Source: Nitrospirota bacterium (GTDB lineage: Bacteria; Nitrospirota; Nitrospiria; JACQBZ01). Taken from it: a stretch of DNA of 60,086 nt. The stretch is taken from positions 1-60,086 of the forward strand of contig JACQBZ010000102.1 in the NCBI GenBank assembly GCA_016194285.1. Direction: 5' to 3'. Positions 36,601 to 47,133 of the stretch are shown here, piece after piece. The stretch's first letter is position 1. Every line of letters starts with the position of its first letter. The translations under genes and the position numbers were made by a program. The notes under the pieces were generated by a model. The model saw only the letters and a program-made list of their open reading frames with translations, made no database searches and had not been told where the DNA came from.

Positions 36601-36669
36601 CATTAGTGTTTATAAAGAATGATATGCGTCATCAACACGAGAAGGAATTCTTTAAAAAGCGAGCCAAGC

Positions 36670-37329
36670 ATGCCGTTTAGAAACCGAGAAGAGGCCGCAC
36701 GATTACTGGCCGAGAAGCTGATCGGATACCGTGGTCAAAATCCACTGGTCCTGGCCATCCCTCGGGGCGCCGTTCCCATGGCCCATATCATGGCCGAGGC
36801 TCTGGAGGGTGAGGTGGATGTGGTGTTGGTTCACAAGCTCGGGGCACCGGGTCAACCGGAACTGGCGATCGGTTCGGTGGATGAGAGGGGTCAGGTCTAT
36901 GTGGGCGAGCATGCCGGCAGCCTGGGGGTCGGTGACGAATACATCGCCCGGGAAAAAAAAGCGCAGATGAAAATCCTGAGCGGCCGCCGCGCGCTCTACA
37001 CGCCCGTGCATCCTCCCATTGATCCTTCGGGACGCATCGTCATTGTGGTAGACGACGGAATCGCCACCGGTGCCACCATGGTGTCCGCACTCCGCGCCGT
37101 GCGGGTCCAAAAACCGTCCAGGCTGATTGCGGCAACGGCGGTGGCATCCCGTGAGGCCTTACAAATGATCCGAGGGATGGCGGAGGAGGTCGTGTGTCTG
37201 GAGGTTCCGGAGATTTTTTATGCGGTCGGACAGTTTTTTCTTGAATTCCCCCAGGTCTCGGATGAAGAGGTGATTACGCTTCTCAAGCAGAGTCGCTCCA
37301 AGGCCGGCAACGTAAACCGATTGGCGTGA
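36670..37329 (+). CDS. Phosphoribosyltransferase family protein
   Basis: FRNREEAA, LAIPRGAVP, VVDDGIATGAT and AVGQFF. Confidence 0.9.
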   Translation: MPFRNREEAARLLAEKLIGYRGQNPLVLAIPRGAVPMAHIMAEALEGEVDVVLVHKLGAPGQPELAIGSVDERGQVYVGEHAGSLGVGDEYIAREKKAQMKILSGRRALYTPVHPPIDPSGRIVIVVDDGIATGATMVSALRAVRVQKPSRLIAATAVASREALQMIRGMAEEVVCLEVPEIFYAVGQFFLEFPQVSDEEVITLLKQSRSKAGNVNRLA

Positions 37330-37374
37330 GGGGCAGGGTCATCTGCCCAACCTACCATAATAAGGAGGAAGCCC

Positions 37375-37539
37375 ATGCCGCTCTATGAGTATGAATGCAC
37401 ATCGTGCGGGAAGATCTTCACGGCCGCTCTGTCGCTTCGAGAACACGACGAAAAAAAAGTGATCTGTCCCGGCTGCGGTTCAAAGAAAGTGGAACAACTG
37501 ATCACCCCGTTCATCGCAAAAACCGATCGCAAGAGCTGA
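37375..37539 (+). CDS. FmdB-family zinc-ribbon protein (54 aa, absent from the ORF track)
   Basis: MPLYEYECTSCG...CPGCGSKKVEQLI after a TAAGGAGG RBS. Confidence 0.88.
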   Translation: MPLYEYECTSCGKIFTAALSLREHDEKKVICPGCGSKKVEQLITPFIAKTDRKS

Positions 37540-37610
37540 CTCAGAGCGTTCGGAGGTCGAACCGTTGAATCAAGCGCACGTTGTTTGCGCCACAAAACCG
37601 GAGGAGTGCC

Positions 37611-37970
37611 ATGTTGGGAAAATTTCGTTTGCGGATTCGCGTTCAGATCGTCCTCGTCGGTCTTGTTTTTTCAACGACTCTTGTTGCGCCGGAAATTTCA
37701 CTTGCCCTTGATGGCGCCAAGTTGTATGGTGCTAAATGTATTGCCTGTCATGGTCCTAAAGGGGAGGGGACCCAAGTGGGTCCGGCCTTGAAAGGCGATC
37801 CGTTCATTACCCAAGGAACGCCGGCCGAGATCAAAAAAGTGATCCTGTCGGGCCGGACGCAGAAGGAAAAGAAGTATCCAAACATCGCGAACCCGATGCC
37901 GGATGGACTGGCCTCGGAGGCCGAAGCGGATGCCCTGGTCGTCTACCTGAAGGGTGATTTACAAAAGTAG
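37611..37970 (+). CDS. Monoheme c-type cytochrome
   Basis: Signal peptide, CIACH heme motif and a distal Met (PMP). Confidence 0.88.
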   Translation: MLGKFRLRIRVQIVLVGLVFSTTLVAPEISLALDGAKLYGAKCIACHGPKGEGTQVGPALKGDPFITQGTPAEIKKVILSGRTQKEKKYPNIANPMPDGLASEAEADALVVYLKGDLQK

Positions 37971-38115
37971 CGTATAGATAGGATGAAAAAAGAAGGGAGG
38001 GCTGCGGAGATGCTTCAAGGAACATAATCGGTTATCAATCCGTTTGCGCATCACCTTGGATCTCAACCCGTTTGGTGAAAATCCAAGAACTCATGCCGCA
38101 CAAGGAGGAAAGGAC

Positions 38116-39072
38116 ATGGATCATCGGTCTCATTTGCAAGTTCGTTGCGGAATCGTTTTAGCGGCCGGAGAAGGCAAGCGCCTTCAACCGTTCATCCGGC
38201 GATTATGTGGTAAGGATCTTCCCAAACAGTACGTCAATTTCATCGGAACGCGATCGATGCTGGAGCATACCTTTCACCGCGTCGAGACGCTGATTCCTCC
38301 CGACCGTCTCTTCACGGTAGTGGCGCGGCATCACCTGAGACATCCGGAGGTGTGCCGACAGCTTTCCGACCGCCCTGAGGGCAACGTGATCCTTCAGCCT
38401 GAAAACAAAGAAACGGGGCCGGGGATTCTCCTTCCGCTGGTCCATGCCTATAAGCATTATCCCGAAGCGGTGGTCGCGCTCTTCCCGTCGGATCATTTCA
38501 TCCTGGAGGAAGAGCTGTTCATGCATCACGTGGACCAGGCCTGTCGTGTGGTGGAGCGGGACCCGTCTCGCCTGGTTTTGTTGGGGATGGAGCCCAATGC
38601 GCCGGAGCCGGAGTACGGCTATATTCTGCCGGTCGGGGATACGGACACGCCGTCCCGATTGGGAATGCGCCCGGTTTCCCGGTTTATCGAGAAGCCCGAT
38701 CTCCACGCAGCAAGGGAATTGTTTCATAACGGAGGATTGTGGAACACGATGGTGATGGCCTTCAAGGCCAAGACGCTTCTGGCGCTGGCCCGGAAAGTGG
38801 CTCCGGCTCTCTGCCGTTCATTCCAACGGATCTGGAGTTCGATCGGGACGTCCGCCGAGACCGAGGTCATGGAGGAGGTCTACCGAAAAATAAAACCCGT
38901 AAATTTCTCCAAGGGGCTGCTCGAGGCCATTTCGATTCAGTATTCCTCCCATCTGGATGTGCTTCCGGTCCGGGATGTGTTTTGGAGTGACTGGGGATCC
39001 GAACATCGGATTAAAAGCATGCTTAGGCAAATGAATCATCCACAGGAGTTAATCAAGGTTCAAACGGCTTGA
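38116..39072 (+). CDS. Sugar-phosphate nucleotidyltransferase (mannose-1-P guanylyltransferase-like)
   Basis: VLAAGEGKRL, PKQY, PSDH, EYGYI, FIEKP and WSDWGS. Confidence 0.88.
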   Translation: MDHRSHLQVRCGIVLAAGEGKRLQPFIRRLCGKDLPKQYVNFIGTRSMLEHTFHRVETLIPPDRLFTVVARHHLRHPEVCRQLSDRPEGNVILQPENKETGPGILLPLVHAYKHYPEAVVALFPSDHFILEEELFMHHVDQACRVVERDPSRLVLLGMEPNAPEPEYGYILPVGDTDTPSRLGMRPVSRFIEKPDLHAARELFHNGGLWNTMVMAFKAKTLLALARKVAPALCRSFQRIWSSIGTSAETEVMEEVYRKIKPVNFSKGLLEAISIQYSSHLDVLPVRDVFWSDWGSEHRIKSMLRQMNHPQELIKVQTA

Positions 39073-39155
39073 AAAGGCGAATGGGGCGGGGGTAATGATA
39101 TAAACGGAAGTCTCTTGACAATAAACGCTTGAGAACATCATGGGAGGGATCAACA

Positions 39156-39467
39156 ATGAAGAAGAAAACGAATCAGACGAGTGACGCATCCAAATCCGAC
39201 TTCTCTGAAGCGGTTAATTTAAGCCCGGGACTTCGTGAACAGATCGCTCAAAAGGCCTTCGAACTGTACGAAAAGCGGGGTTGGGTCCACGGCTTAGACG
39301 TCGGGGATTGGCTGGAGGCCGAACGGTTGGTCTTATCCGAGATCCAAACAGGGAACAAGACCCGGACCAAGGCCCCATCTAAAGCGGAGACCGATCCCAA
39401 GGTTAAAACGCCGCTCCGGGAAAGAACAGTCGCAACCAAGCCGGGGCCGGTTTTGGGTCGACCTTGA
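39156..39467 (+). CDS. DUF2934-type protein
   Basis: IAQKAFELYEKRG...G.DVGDWLEAE. Confidence 0.8.
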   Translation: MKKKTNQTSDASKSDFSEAVNLSPGLREQIAQKAFELYEKRGWVHGLDVGDWLEAERLVLSEIQTGNKTRTKAPSKAETDPKVKTPLRERTVATKPGPVLGRP

Positions 39468-39492
39468 CCCGTAGGACGGAAGGAGTACCGCG

Positions 39493-40095
39493 ATGTTCCA
39501 GATCCGAATCCATGGGCGGGGCGGGCAGGGTGTCGTGACGGCTGCCGAGATCCTGGCCATTGCGGCCTTTCTCGATGGAAAATACGCCCAGGCCTTTCCC
39601 AGTTTCGGTTCCGAACGAATGGGGGCGCCCGTGACCTCTTTTTGCCGTATCGACGATAAGATCATCCGGCTGCGTGAGCCTGTCATGGAACCCGACGCAC
39701 TGATCATTCAGGATCCGACGCTTCTTCATCAGGTGGATCTGTTCGCCGGGGTCAGGCCATCGGGATATATCCTGATCAACTCCATCCGAAACCTTGAGGA
39801 ACTTGGAATCGGTGAGTTCCATTCACGCTTCCCCAACAGCCACATTCGAACGGTCCCGGCTTCCGAGATTGCTCTAGAAAAGACCGGCCGACCCCTTCCC
39901 AACGCGGTATTGATCGGCGGCCTGGCCGCCTTGACGGGACTTTTTGGTTCGGCCGTGGTGGGCGAGGCGATACGAAAGAAATTTCCGGGAAAAGTCGGGG
40001 AGGCCAATGCGGCCGCGGCCGAAGCGACTTTTCAGACCGTTGCATCGGGCCGGCCGTGGCGGGCCAAGGAGGAGAGTCATGCTGGAACCCATTGA
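39493..40095 (+). CDS. 2-oxoacid (pyruvate):acceptor oxidoreductase gamma subunit
   Basis: IRIHGRGGQGVVT and FGSERMGAPV. Confidence 0.92.
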   Translation: MFQIRIHGRGGQGVVTAAEILAIAAFLDGKYAQAFPSFGSERMGAPVTSFCRIDDKIIRLREPVMEPDALIIQDPTLLHQVDLFAGVRPSGYILINSIRNLEELGIGEFHSRFPNSHIRTVPASEIALEKTGRPLPNAVLIGGLAALTGLFGSAVVGEAIRKKFPGKVGEANAAAAEATFQTVASGRPWRAKEESHAGTH

Positions 40096-41332
40096 GGGTT
40101 CGCAGGCGGTGGCCGCCGCCGTGGCGCGCTGCCGGCCGGAAGTGATTTCCTGTTACCCCATCACCCCGCAGACGCACATCGTGGAAAACCTCTCGGCCCG
40201 CGTCCGTCAGGGAGAGATCGGAAACTGTCAGTTCATCAATGCCGAGTCCGAGTTCGGGGCGTTGAGCATCTTAATCGGAGCCTCGGCCGCGGGCGCGCGA
40301 ACCTACACCGCGACGAGCAGCCAGGGGCTCCTGTTCATGGCCGAGGCGATCTATAACGCGTCCGGGCTGGGGCTACCCATCCTCATGACGATCGGTAACC
40401 GGGCGATCGGCGCGCCGATCAACATCTGGAACGATCACTCCGACAGCATGTCGATGCGGGATGCCGGCTGGATCCAGGTTTTTGCCGAGACCAATCAGGA
40501 GGCGGTGGACCTGCATATCCAGGCCTTTCGTCTGGCCGAGGAACTGAGTTGCCCGGTTATGGTCTGCATGGACGGTTTCATCCTAACCCATGCCTACGAG
40601 CCGGTGGAGATTCCCGCTCAGGAACAGGTCGATGCGTTCCTCCCCCCCTACCATCCCGTCCAAGTTCTGGATCCGGCCGATCCGGTGACGATCGGGGCGA
40701 TGGTGGGCCCGGAGGCCTTCGCCGAGGTGCGGTATCTCGCCCATCACAAACAACTGCGCGCGTTGGAGCGGATTCCATCCTTGAGCGCCGAATTCAGGCA
40801 GAGGTTCGGACGAGCCTCCGGTGGATTAACCGATGCCTACCGGACGGATGATGCCGATACGATTGTCGTGGCCCTCGGCTCGGTCAACGGAACGATCCGG
40901 GAAGCGGTTGATGAATTGCGTGAACAGGGAATCAAGGTCGGCAGTCTTAAGATCGGCTCGTATCGTCCGTTTCCAATTGCCCAGGTGCGGGCGGTCCTTC
41001 ACCCGGCGAAACGGGCGATCGTGGTGGAAAAGGATTTGGCCTTGGGAAAAGGAGGCATCATCTCAAGCGACGTGAAGATGGCTCTGCGGGGACTGCCGGT
41101 GATCGTTCAGACCGTGATCGCGGGATTGGGCGGACGATCGATTACGAAGGCGTCACTCATTCGAATGATCGCGGAGGCGCGTGCTGGAAAGCTGGACGAG
41201 CCCCACTTTCTGGATCTGAACTGGACCGTGGTCCATCAGGAGATCGAACGGCAGAAGCGCCAGCGGCGTTCCGGCCCGATGGCGGAACACGTGTTGCGCG
41301 CCATCAATGCGGTCGGTTCTAAATTAACGTAA
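40079..41332 (+). CDS. porA: Pyruvate:ferredoxin oxidoreductase alpha subunit
   Basis: YPITPQT, ESEF, TATSSQGL and DGFILTH. Start adjusted to MLEPIEG. Confidence 0.9.
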   Translation: MLEPIEGSQAVAAAVARCRPEVISCYPITPQTHIVENLSARVRQGEIGNCQFINAESEFGALSILIGASAAGARTYTATSSQGLLFMAEAIYNASGLGLPILMTIGNRAIGAPINIWNDHSDSMSMRDAGWIQVFAETNQEAVDLHIQAFRLAEELSCPVMVCMDGFILTHAYEPVEIPAQEQVDAFLPPYHPVQVLDPADPVTIGAMVGPEAFAEVRYLAHHKQLRALERIPSLSAEFRQRFGRASGGLTDAYRTDDADTIVVALGSVNGTIREAVDELREQGIKVGSLKIGSYRPFPIAQVRAVLHPAKRAIVVEKDLALGKGGIISSDVKMALRGLPVIVQTVIAGLGGRSITKASLIRMIAEARAGKLDEPHFLDLNWTVVHQEIERQKRQRRSGPMAEHVLRAINAVGSKLT

Positions 41333-41360
41333 AAGGTATTCTCATCCAAAGGAAACCAGC

Positions 41361-42374
41361 ATGACCGATCGTCAACGGGTCAAGTTTTATCAAACCGGCA
41401 CCTTCACCGTGGGCAACCGCCTCCTCGGAGAGGAAGACCGGACCGTCCAGTCCAGGATGGAGCGGACCAATTCCCTCAACTCCGGCCACCGGGCCTGCCA
41501 GGGATGCGGCGAGGCTCTGGGCGCCCGGTATGCCGTTGACGCCGCCATGCGCGCCGCAGAAAACAGACTGATCGCGGTTAACGCCACGGGATGCCTGGAG
41601 GTGTTCTCGACGCCCTATCCGGAAAGTTCGTGGCAGATTCCCTGGCTGCATTCGCTTTTCGGAAACGCCCCGGCCGTAGCCACCGGCGTGGCGGCCGCGC
41701 TCCGGGCCAAAGGCCGTGCGGATGTGAAAGTGATGGCTCAGGGCGGGGACGGGGGAACGGTCGATATCGGATTTGGATGTCTTTCCGGTATGTTCGAGCG
41801 CAACGACGACGTCCTTTACATCTGCTACGACAACGAGGCCTATATGAACACCGGCGTACAGCGGTCGGGTTCGACCCCGCCGGGCGCGCGGACGATGACG
41901 ACCCCGGTCGTCGGAGAACGCCCGGGAAATTCCTTCGGGACCGGGAAGAACGTCCCGCGCATCGCGATGGCCCACGGAATTCCGTATGTGGCGACCGCTT
42001 CGGTGGCGGATCTCCGCGACCTGGAGGCCAAGGTGACGAAGGCGATGGGAATCTCCGGTTCGCGGTACATTCATATCCATGTCCCCTGTCCGCTGGGGTG
42101 GGCTCACGATCCGTCTCTGACGATCAAGGTCGCGCGTCTCGCGGTCGAGTCCGGACTATTTCCCCTGTTTGAGGCCGAGTTCGGCAAGCTCACCGGTCGG
42201 ACCTTGATCCGGCGGAAAGTTCCGGTGGAACGGTATCTGGAACTTCAAGGCCGCTTCAAACATTTGTTCCGAGATCCGTCCGATCGCACCGCCATCGCGG
42301 CCATTCAATCGATCGCGGACCATCATATAACCGAGTACGGTTTGTTGGAGAACGAGGGTTCCCATGGAACGTAA
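41361..42374 (+). CDS. porB: Pyruvate:ferredoxin oxidoreductase beta (TPP-binding) subunit
   Basis: GHRACQGCG, ATGCLEV, GGDGG, DNEAYMNTG and PCPLGW. Confidence 0.9.
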   Translation: MTDRQRVKFYQTGTFTVGNRLLGEEDRTVQSRMERTNSLNSGHRACQGCGEALGARYAVDAAMRAAENRLIAVNATGCLEVFSTPYPESSWQIPWLHSLFGNAPAVATGVAAALRAKGRADVKVMAQGGDGGTVDIGFGCLSGMFERNDDVLYICYDNEAYMNTGVQRSGSTPPGARTMTTPVVGERPGNSFGTGKNVPRIAMAHGIPYVATASVADLRDLEAKVTKAMGISGSRYIHIHVPCPLGWAHDPSLTIKVARLAVESGLFPLFEAEFGKLTGRTLIRRKVPVERYLELQGRFKHLFRDPSDRTAIAAIQSIADHHITEYGLLENEGSHGT

Positions 42375-43992
42375 ACCCTTTGCCATCACACTGGATCCCA
42401 ACAGCAGCCTGGCCAACCACACGGGTTCATGGCGAACCATGCGGCCGGTCTATGTCGATCGTATGCCGCCATGCAATCACGCCTGTCCGGCGGGAGAAAA
42501 TATCCAGGGCTGGCTGTATTACGCCGAGGAAGGGAAATACAAGGAGGCCTGGGAAGTCCTGATGCGGGATAATCCCTTTCCGGCGCTTCATGGACGTGTC
42601 TGCTATCATCCCTGCGAGGACGCCTGCAATCGGGCCCAATTGGACGAGGCGGTCGGGATTCATGCCGTCGAGCGGTTTCTGGGTGATCTTGCGATCAAGG
42701 AGGGCTGGCGAGTGGAGTGCGGACCGGCAACCGGCAAAAAGGTCCTGATCGTCGGCGCCGGTCCCAGCGGTCTGTCGGCCGCCTATCATCTGGCCCGGTT
42801 CGGCCATGCCGTGACGATCTTCGATACCGGGCCCAAGGCGGGGGGAATGATGCGGTTTGGGATCCCAAAATATCGCCTGCCGCGCGAGATCCTTGACGCC
42901 GAGATCGCACAAATCGAGGCCATGGGAGTCACGATCCGACTCAATCATAAAGTGGAGGATCTTGAGGCCGCCATGCGTGAGGGTGGATATGACGCGGCCT
43001 TCCTCGCGATCGGGGCGCATCTCGCCAAGCGGACCGAGATACCGGGGCGCGATGCGGGGAGGATCCTGGATGCGGCCGGTTTTCTAAAAAGCATGGAAGG
43101 CAAGACACCGCCGAAACTCGGGAGGCGGGTCATGGTCTACGGCGGGGGAAATACCGCGATCGACGCCGCGCGAACCGCGAAGCGGTTGGGCGCGGAGGAG
43201 GCCGTGATCGTCTATCGGCGGGACCGGGAGCATATGCCGGCCCACGACTTCGAGGTCAACGAAGCGCTTGAAGAAGGAGTCGTGATTCATTGGCTTCGGA
43301 CGATCACGCGAGCGGAGGAATCGAAATTTACGGTCGAGGTGATGGATCTGGACGAAACCGGCCGGCCGAAGCCGACCGGACGGTTCGAAGAGATCGGCGC
43401 GGATACCTTGATCCTGGCGCTGGGCCAGAACGCGGATACGGCGTTTCTTCGCAACGTCCCGGAGCTGAGAATCGCCGAGGACGGCGTCATTGATGTGGAC
43501 GAAACGATGATGACGGGACGTCCCGGCGTGTTCGCGGGGGGCGATATGGTTCCGTCCGAACGCACCGTTACCGTGGCCACCGGCCACGGGAAAAAGGCCG
43601 CGCGCCACATCGATGCCTATCTGCGCGGAACACGGTACGTGAAACCGGAGGCGCATCCGATCGCGACGTATGAAAAGTTGAACCCATGGTATTACACGGA
43701 TGCCGAACGATCCAAACAGCCCTATCTGGAAACCGTCCGGCGCCGTTCAAACTTCGACGAGGTGGTGGGCGGTCTCGATCCGGACACCGCGTTGCTGGAG
43801 GCGCGGCGCTGCCTGTCCTGCGGGAATTGCTTCGAGTGCGATAATTGCTATGGCGTCTGCCCCGACAATGCCGTGATCAAGCTCGGCCCCGGAAAACGTT
43901 TCGTCTTCAATTATGACTACTGCAAAGGCTGCGGCATCTGCGTCCAGGAATGTCCCTGCGGAGCGATCGAAATGGTCAAGGAGACGATCTAA
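42364..43992 (+). CDS. GltD-like NAD(P)/FAD Fe-S oxidoreductase with a PorD-like 2x[4Fe-4S] C-terminus
   Basis: PCNHACP, GRVCYHPCE, GAGPSG and GGGNTAID, then CLSCGNCFECDNCYGVCP and YDYCKGCGICVQECP. Confidence 0.88.
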   Translation: MERKPFAITLDPNSSLANHTGSWRTMRPVYVDRMPPCNHACPAGENIQGWLYYAEEGKYKEAWEVLMRDNPFPALHGRVCYHPCEDACNRAQLDEAVGIHAVERFLGDLAIKEGWRVECGPATGKKVLIVGAGPSGLSAAYHLARFGHAVTIFDTGPKAGGMMRFGIPKYRLPREILDAEIAQIEAMGVTIRLNHKVEDLEAAMREGGYDAAFLAIGAHLAKRTEIPGRDAGRILDAAGFLKSMEGKTPPKLGRRVMVYGGGNTAIDAARTAKRLGAEEAVIVYRRDREHMPAHDFEVNEALEEGVVIHWLRTITRAEESKFTVEVMDLDETGRPKPTGRFEEIGADTLILALGQNADTAFLRNVPELRIAEDGVIDVDETMMTGRPGVFAGGDMVPSERTVTVATGHGKKAARHIDAYLRGTRYVKPEAHPIATYEKLNPWYYTDAERSKQPYLETVRRRSNFDEVVGGLDPDTALLEARRCLSCGNCFECDNCYGVCPDNAVIKLGPGKRFVFNYDYCKGCGICVQECPCGAIEMVKETI

Positions 43993-44262
43993 AAGATTTC
44001 GTGATCCGGGAAAAAATAGAGACCGATCCAGCCGAGAATCGGTGGATCAATAACACCCACTTGAGTCTGTCCGGCGCGAGCATCATCTATATCGATGAAA
44101 TCCCATCGAGGCCGTCATCTTCATATGGTCATCAAGGAGTCGGCGTTGACGCCTGATAAGAGACGGTCGCTGGACGCGCGCATACGGTCTTTGAAGGATC
44201 ACAACGGAAATGGCATGGCCGCGGGCACGATGAAGATGGTCAACGGGATTGAGTAAGAAACA

Positions 44263-44991
44263 GTGGAGAATATTATGCATCCGGGAAGGAAAGAGACGTA
44301 CGTTCCGACTTTGAGAAGCGATCGCATAGTAAGAATACTCGTTTTGTGCGTTGCGACGGTATTCGGAATGTTGGCAACGCTCCTCCCCGCGGAATCCGGG
44401 CCCACGGCCGGTGACGGCTTTGTTGACTTGATGGATGCATCCTGGAACGGCCGGGTCAAAGACGTAAAGGTGCTTTTGGCTCGCGGCGTGAACGTGAACG
44501 GAACCGGTTCCGGAGGGAGGACACCCCTGATGGCGGCGGCCGTCAACGGGCATACGAATGTCGTCGAGGTGCTGCTCGGGGCCGGAGCCGATTTTCGAAA
44601 AAAAGATGAGAACGGGGATACCGCCCTGATATCGGCCGGAAGGAGCGGACACCAGATGGTGGTTCAACTGCTGTTAAGCCACGGGGCGGATCCAAATGCG
44701 AAGAGCGGAAACGGCGATACGCTGTTGATGGCGGCCGCCTGGAACGGATTCGGGGGCGTTGTCCGGGAACTCATAGCCCACAAGGCCGATGTCAACGCCA
44801 CAAACGCCGACGGTGAAACGGCCTTGATGTTTGCCTCGCAGGCGGGCTGGCCCGATATCGTTCAAACGCTCCTCGATGCGGGGGCGAATCCCAAGGCAAA
44901 AAACTCGGCCGGCCGGACCGCCTTGATGCTCGCAGCGGAAGAAGAAAATAACGATATCGTGAGAATGCTACTCAGGCATTTAACGGATTGA
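44263..44991 (+). CDS. Exported ankyrin-repeat protein
   Basis: Hydrophobic N-terminal segment and about 6 G.T.LM.AA repeats. Start uncertain. Confidence 0.85.
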   Translation: MENIMHPGRKETYVPTLRSDRIVRILVLCVATVFGMLATLLPAESGPTAGDGFVDLMDASWNGRVKDVKVLLARGVNVNGTGSGGRTPLMAAAVNGHTNVVEVLLGAGADFRKKDENGDTALISAGRSGHQMVVQLLLSHGADPNAKSGNGDTLLMAAAWNGFGGVVRELIAHKADVNATNADGETALMFASQAGWPDIVQTLLDAGANPKAKNSAGRTALMLAAEEENNDIVRMLLRHLTD

Positions 44992-45280
44992 AGTTCCGGA
45001 GGGGCATTCGCGCATTCCACAAAAAAAAGAGACTCGTCCCGAACGGGATTAGAATTCATGGGCCGCTTCCGCTTCGTCATCCACGAGCATCCGTCTCCCT
45101 CCAAAATCCTGCCGATCAACGGCTGGCAGTTCAGGTCGATTATTCTTCGCACCGCACCCAAGATTCGAATGTTGACGCCGGCTCGCCGGGTCTGTATCAT
45201 CGAGGGGCATGACGATGCGAAGAAAGGCCGGCCGTCCCCTGTAGATATGGAGAGGGCCGTGGCCCGGTAAGGAAAGACCG

Positions 45281-46252
45281 ATGAAAAAAATTGGAGTGTT
45301 GACCAGCGGGGGCGACGCCCCCGGAATGAATGCCGCGATCCGAGCCGTGACGCGAACGGCAATTGCCGCGGGGATGGAGGTCTCCGGCATTCGACGCGGG
45401 TATGCGGGTCTGGTCGCCGGCGATGCCATTCCCTTGGGCGCGCGCGACGTGGGTGGCATTCTCTCGCGTGGCGGCACCATGCTCGGGAGCGCGCGAAGCC
45501 CGGAGTTCATGACGGAGCAGGGACGACGCAAGGCCGTCTCGGCACTCCAGGCCCAGGGAATCGAGGCGGTGGTGATCATCGGCGGGAACGGTTCCCAGGC
45601 CGGGGCATATTCCCTTTCGCAGATGGGCGTGCCGGTCGTGGGTGTCGCCTCGACCATCGATAATGACCTGGCCGGCAGCGAGATCAGCATCGGCGTGGAT
45701 ACCGCATTGAATATCGCGTTGGAAGCGATCGATCGGCTCAAAACGACCGCATCCTCGCATCAACGGGCCTTCCTGGTCGAGGTGATGGGACGGGATTGCG
45801 GATACCTCGCGCTGATGGCCGGCATCGCCGGCGGGGCCGAGGTAATCGCCATTCCCGAAGCGCCCTGCGATCCGGAGATCATCGCGCAGGAACTGCGGGC
45901 CGCCTATGATCGTGGAAAATCCCATGCCATCGGCGTGATTGCCGAAGGGGCGAAATATAAAGCGGCCGAGATCGCGGCCTATTTCAAGGAGCATCATCAA
46001 CGCATCGGGTTTGACCTCCGCGTGACGCTGCTGGGGCATGTGCAGCGGGGGGGTGCGCCGGGCGCGTTCGACCGACTCTTGGCCACGCGGCTGGCCGCCG
46101 GGGCCGTGGACGTGCTGGTTCGGGGTCAGTCCGGCGTCCTTGTGGGGTTTTTGGGCGGTCGGGTTTCGACGACGCCGTTGGCTGAAGTTGCCAATGTCAA
46201 GAAGCCACTGGATCTTAGCCTGCTTGAGTTGGCGCGCGTCTTGGCGCGATGA
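45281..46252 (+). CDS. pfkA: ATP-dependent 6-phosphofructokinase
   Basis: LTSGGDAPGMNAAIR, GGNGS, TIDND, EVMGR and LGHVQRGG. Confidence 0.94.
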   Translation: MKKIGVLTSGGDAPGMNAAIRAVTRTAIAAGMEVSGIRRGYAGLVAGDAIPLGARDVGGILSRGGTMLGSARSPEFMTEQGRRKAVSALQAQGIEAVVIIGGNGSQAGAYSLSQMGVPVVGVASTIDNDLAGSEISIGVDTALNIALEAIDRLKTTASSHQRAFLVEVMGRDCGYLALMAGIAGGAEVIAIPEAPCDPEIIAQELRAAYDRGKSHAIGVIAEGAKYKAAEIAAYFKEHHQRIGFDLRVTLLGHVQRGGAPGAFDRLLATRLAAGAVDVLVRGQSGVLVGFLGGRVSTTPLAEVANVKKPLDLSLLELARVLAR

Positions 46253-46352
46253 GACGATCGCGCTGAAAACGACGGTGCAAGGAGTAGGGTGAAGGGGCTC
46301 TCCATATCCAATCGAGATCATCGAGGCGACGAACGGGAGGCATGACCAGATT

Positions 46353-47108
46353 ATGAAGAGATTGGTGTTGGTCCGTCATGGCGAGAGTGTCTGGAACAAG
46401 GAGAACCGCTTCACCGGCTGGATCGATGTCGGACTGAGCGAAAAGGGGATGAACGAAGCTCTCGACGCTGCAAGGCTGCTGAAGCGCGAAGGATACACCT
46501 TTGATGTGGCCTATACATCGGTGCTCCAGCGCGCGATCAAAACGCTCTGGATCATCTTAGAAGAGATGGACCTCATGTGGATCCCGGTCCATCGCAGTTG
46601 GCGGCTGAATGAACGGCACTACGGTGCGTTGCAGGGACTCGATAAGGCCGAAACGACCCGGCGTCACGGGGAGGATCAGGTCTTGCGATGGCGTCGCGGC
46701 TATGATGTCCGTCCACCGGCGCTCACCCCGGATGACGAGCGGTTCCCGGGCCGGGATCCCCGCTACGCCAACCTCAACTCGGATGAGCTGCCGTTGACCG
46801 AAAGTCTTAAGGACACGGTCGCACGGTTTCTTCCCTACTGGAATGAGACGATTGCCCCCGCGATTCAACGCGGTCAGCAGGTCCTGATCGTGGCCCATGG
46901 AAACAGTCTGCGGGCGTTGCTCAAGCATCTGGATCGGGTGTCGGATGAGGAAATCATCGGGCTCAACATTCCGACCGGTATTCCTCTGGTCTATGAACTC
47001 AAGGAGGATTTAAAGCCGATTCGGAGTTTCTATTTGGGCGATCCCGCTCAAGCGAAGCGAGCGGCCGAGGCGGTGGCGAACCAAGCCAAGAAGAAAGCAA
47101 ACCGGTAA
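46353..47108 (+). CDS. gpmA: 2,3-bisphosphoglycerate-dependent phosphoglycerate mutase
   Basis: [20 protein letters not shown] and IPTGIP. Confidence 0.97.
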   Translation: MKRLVLVRHGESVWNKENRFTGWIDVGLSEKGMNEALDAARLLKREGYTFDVAYTSVLQRAIKTLWIILEEMDLMWIPVHRSWRLNERHYGALQGLDKAETTRRHGEDQVLRWRRGYDVRPPALTPDDERFPGRDPRYANLNSDELPLTESLKDTVARFLPYWNETIAPAIQRGQQVLIVAHGNSLRALLKHLDRVSDEEIIGLNIPTGIPLVYELKEDLKPIRSFYLGDPAQAKRAAEAVANQAKKKANR

Positions 47109-47133
47109 TGGGTATCCGGTGAGGAGCACTGTC

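Noticed and set aside
36225-36620. Replication origin or FNR sites in the AT-rich dnaE/PRTase gap
   Set aside because: There is no cluster of TTATCCACA boxes and no TTGAT-N4-ATCAA match. Divergent promoters explain the region.
43993-44262. Hidden genes or RNAs in the gaps at 44.0-44.26 kb and 45.0-45.28 kb
   Set aside because: There is no convincing ORF with an RBS, no recognisable motif and no stable structure that I can support. These may be decayed gene remnants.
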